64,000 bases of DNA from Lingula anatina (lineage: Eukaryota > Animalia > Brachiopoda). Positions 63,366 to 64,000 of this stretch are shown in pieces. Numbering within the stretch: the stretch's first letter is position 1; each line of letters begins with the position of its first letter. The stretch lies in assembly GCA_051362555.1 (NCBI GenBank), contig CM120643.1, positions 2,046,001 through 2,110,000 of the forward strand, read 5' to 3'. The notes below the pieces were generated by a model that saw only the letters and a program-made list of their open reading frames with translations, was not told the DNA's origin and made no database searches. The translations under genes were made by a program, and so were the position numbers.

Positions 63366-64000
63366 GTGGCCAAATGGAGACTTGTCTCAACCAGCTGTAG
63401 ACCACAGAATGACAGTACATTTATTTGGTGGTACATGGTGTCCCAGCATTTGTAGTTTCGTCCTCAGACATACAGCTGAAGTGAACCAGACTGGTTGTGA
63501 TGAATCAGTTGTGGAAACAGTCAAGAAAAATTTCTACGTAGACGATTGCCTAAAGACACTACCAGACGTGGAAACTGCAGTGAAGTTCATTCCCCAGTTA
63601 TGCGAGTTGCTAGAATCTGGATGGTTTAAACTTAGTTTAAACTTAGTGGATGAGCAACAAACATGAAGTCTTGGAATCTATCCCAGTCCAAGAGAGAGCC
63701 AAAGGGGTTGAAGTCAACCTCAGTCAACAAGCGTTACCTACAGAGAGAGCTCTAGGTGTTTATTGGAATGTTGAAGAGGATGTTTTTGTTACAAGATTGC
63801 TCTTAAAGAGAAACCTTTGACGGGAATAGGTATTTTGAGTATGGTCAGCAGCATATTTGATCCCTTAGGTTTTGCCAGTCCATACATTTTGCAGGCAAAG
63901 AAGATTCTACAAGAGTTAACCAGACAGAAATTACAGTGGGATGAACCAATACCAGACCAGGAGAGAGAGAAGTGGTTGAAATGGCACAGTAACCTAAAAA
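60705..64000 (+). mobile_element. BEL/Pao LTR retrotransposon gag-pol, frameshifted, no 5' LTR seen; continues past the window
   Basis: Gag FDGNPLKYWSF (DUF1759-like), triple CCHC knuckles (CYNCLNPGHVAQKC, CSVPNCGKRH), protease YALLDSGS, RT WYLPHH/VVFDCSA/GPDL/ADIQSMFHQV/FYVDD, and downstream TERALGVYW and FDPLG. Confidence 0.93.

Overview
This is AT-rich, intron-containing animal (invertebrate-like, possibly lophotrochozoan) genomic DNA. No rRNA, tRNA or CRISPR was seen. The main content is a cluster of five paralogous loci for a small (~240-260 aa) secreted protein made of a signal peptide, a short acidic pro-like segment and one von Willebrand factor type D (VWD) domain, on a 3-exon plan (intron phases 1 and 0). 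Subfamily A has an intact gene at 6066-7441 and a copy at 28399-29175 whose promoter and exon 1 are deleted. Subfamily B has an orphan last exon at 41899-42270, a full gene at 51655-56755 with a +1 homopolymer frameshift, and an inverted last exon at 59981-60319. Subfamily B paralogues differ almost only by amino-acid-changing substitutions while flanking non-coding DNA stays alignable, suggesting diversifying selection. The cluster sits among direct and inverted duplications and many transposon relics: an internally deleted Polinton/Maverick with ~1.3 kb TIRs, a BEL/Pao retroelement, a LINE with nested Harbinger and Kolobok-type insertions, and Tc1 and RTE fragments. There is also a ~940 bp palindrome and two 59-bp minisatellites. 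All alignments and counts were done by eye; no database searches were run.
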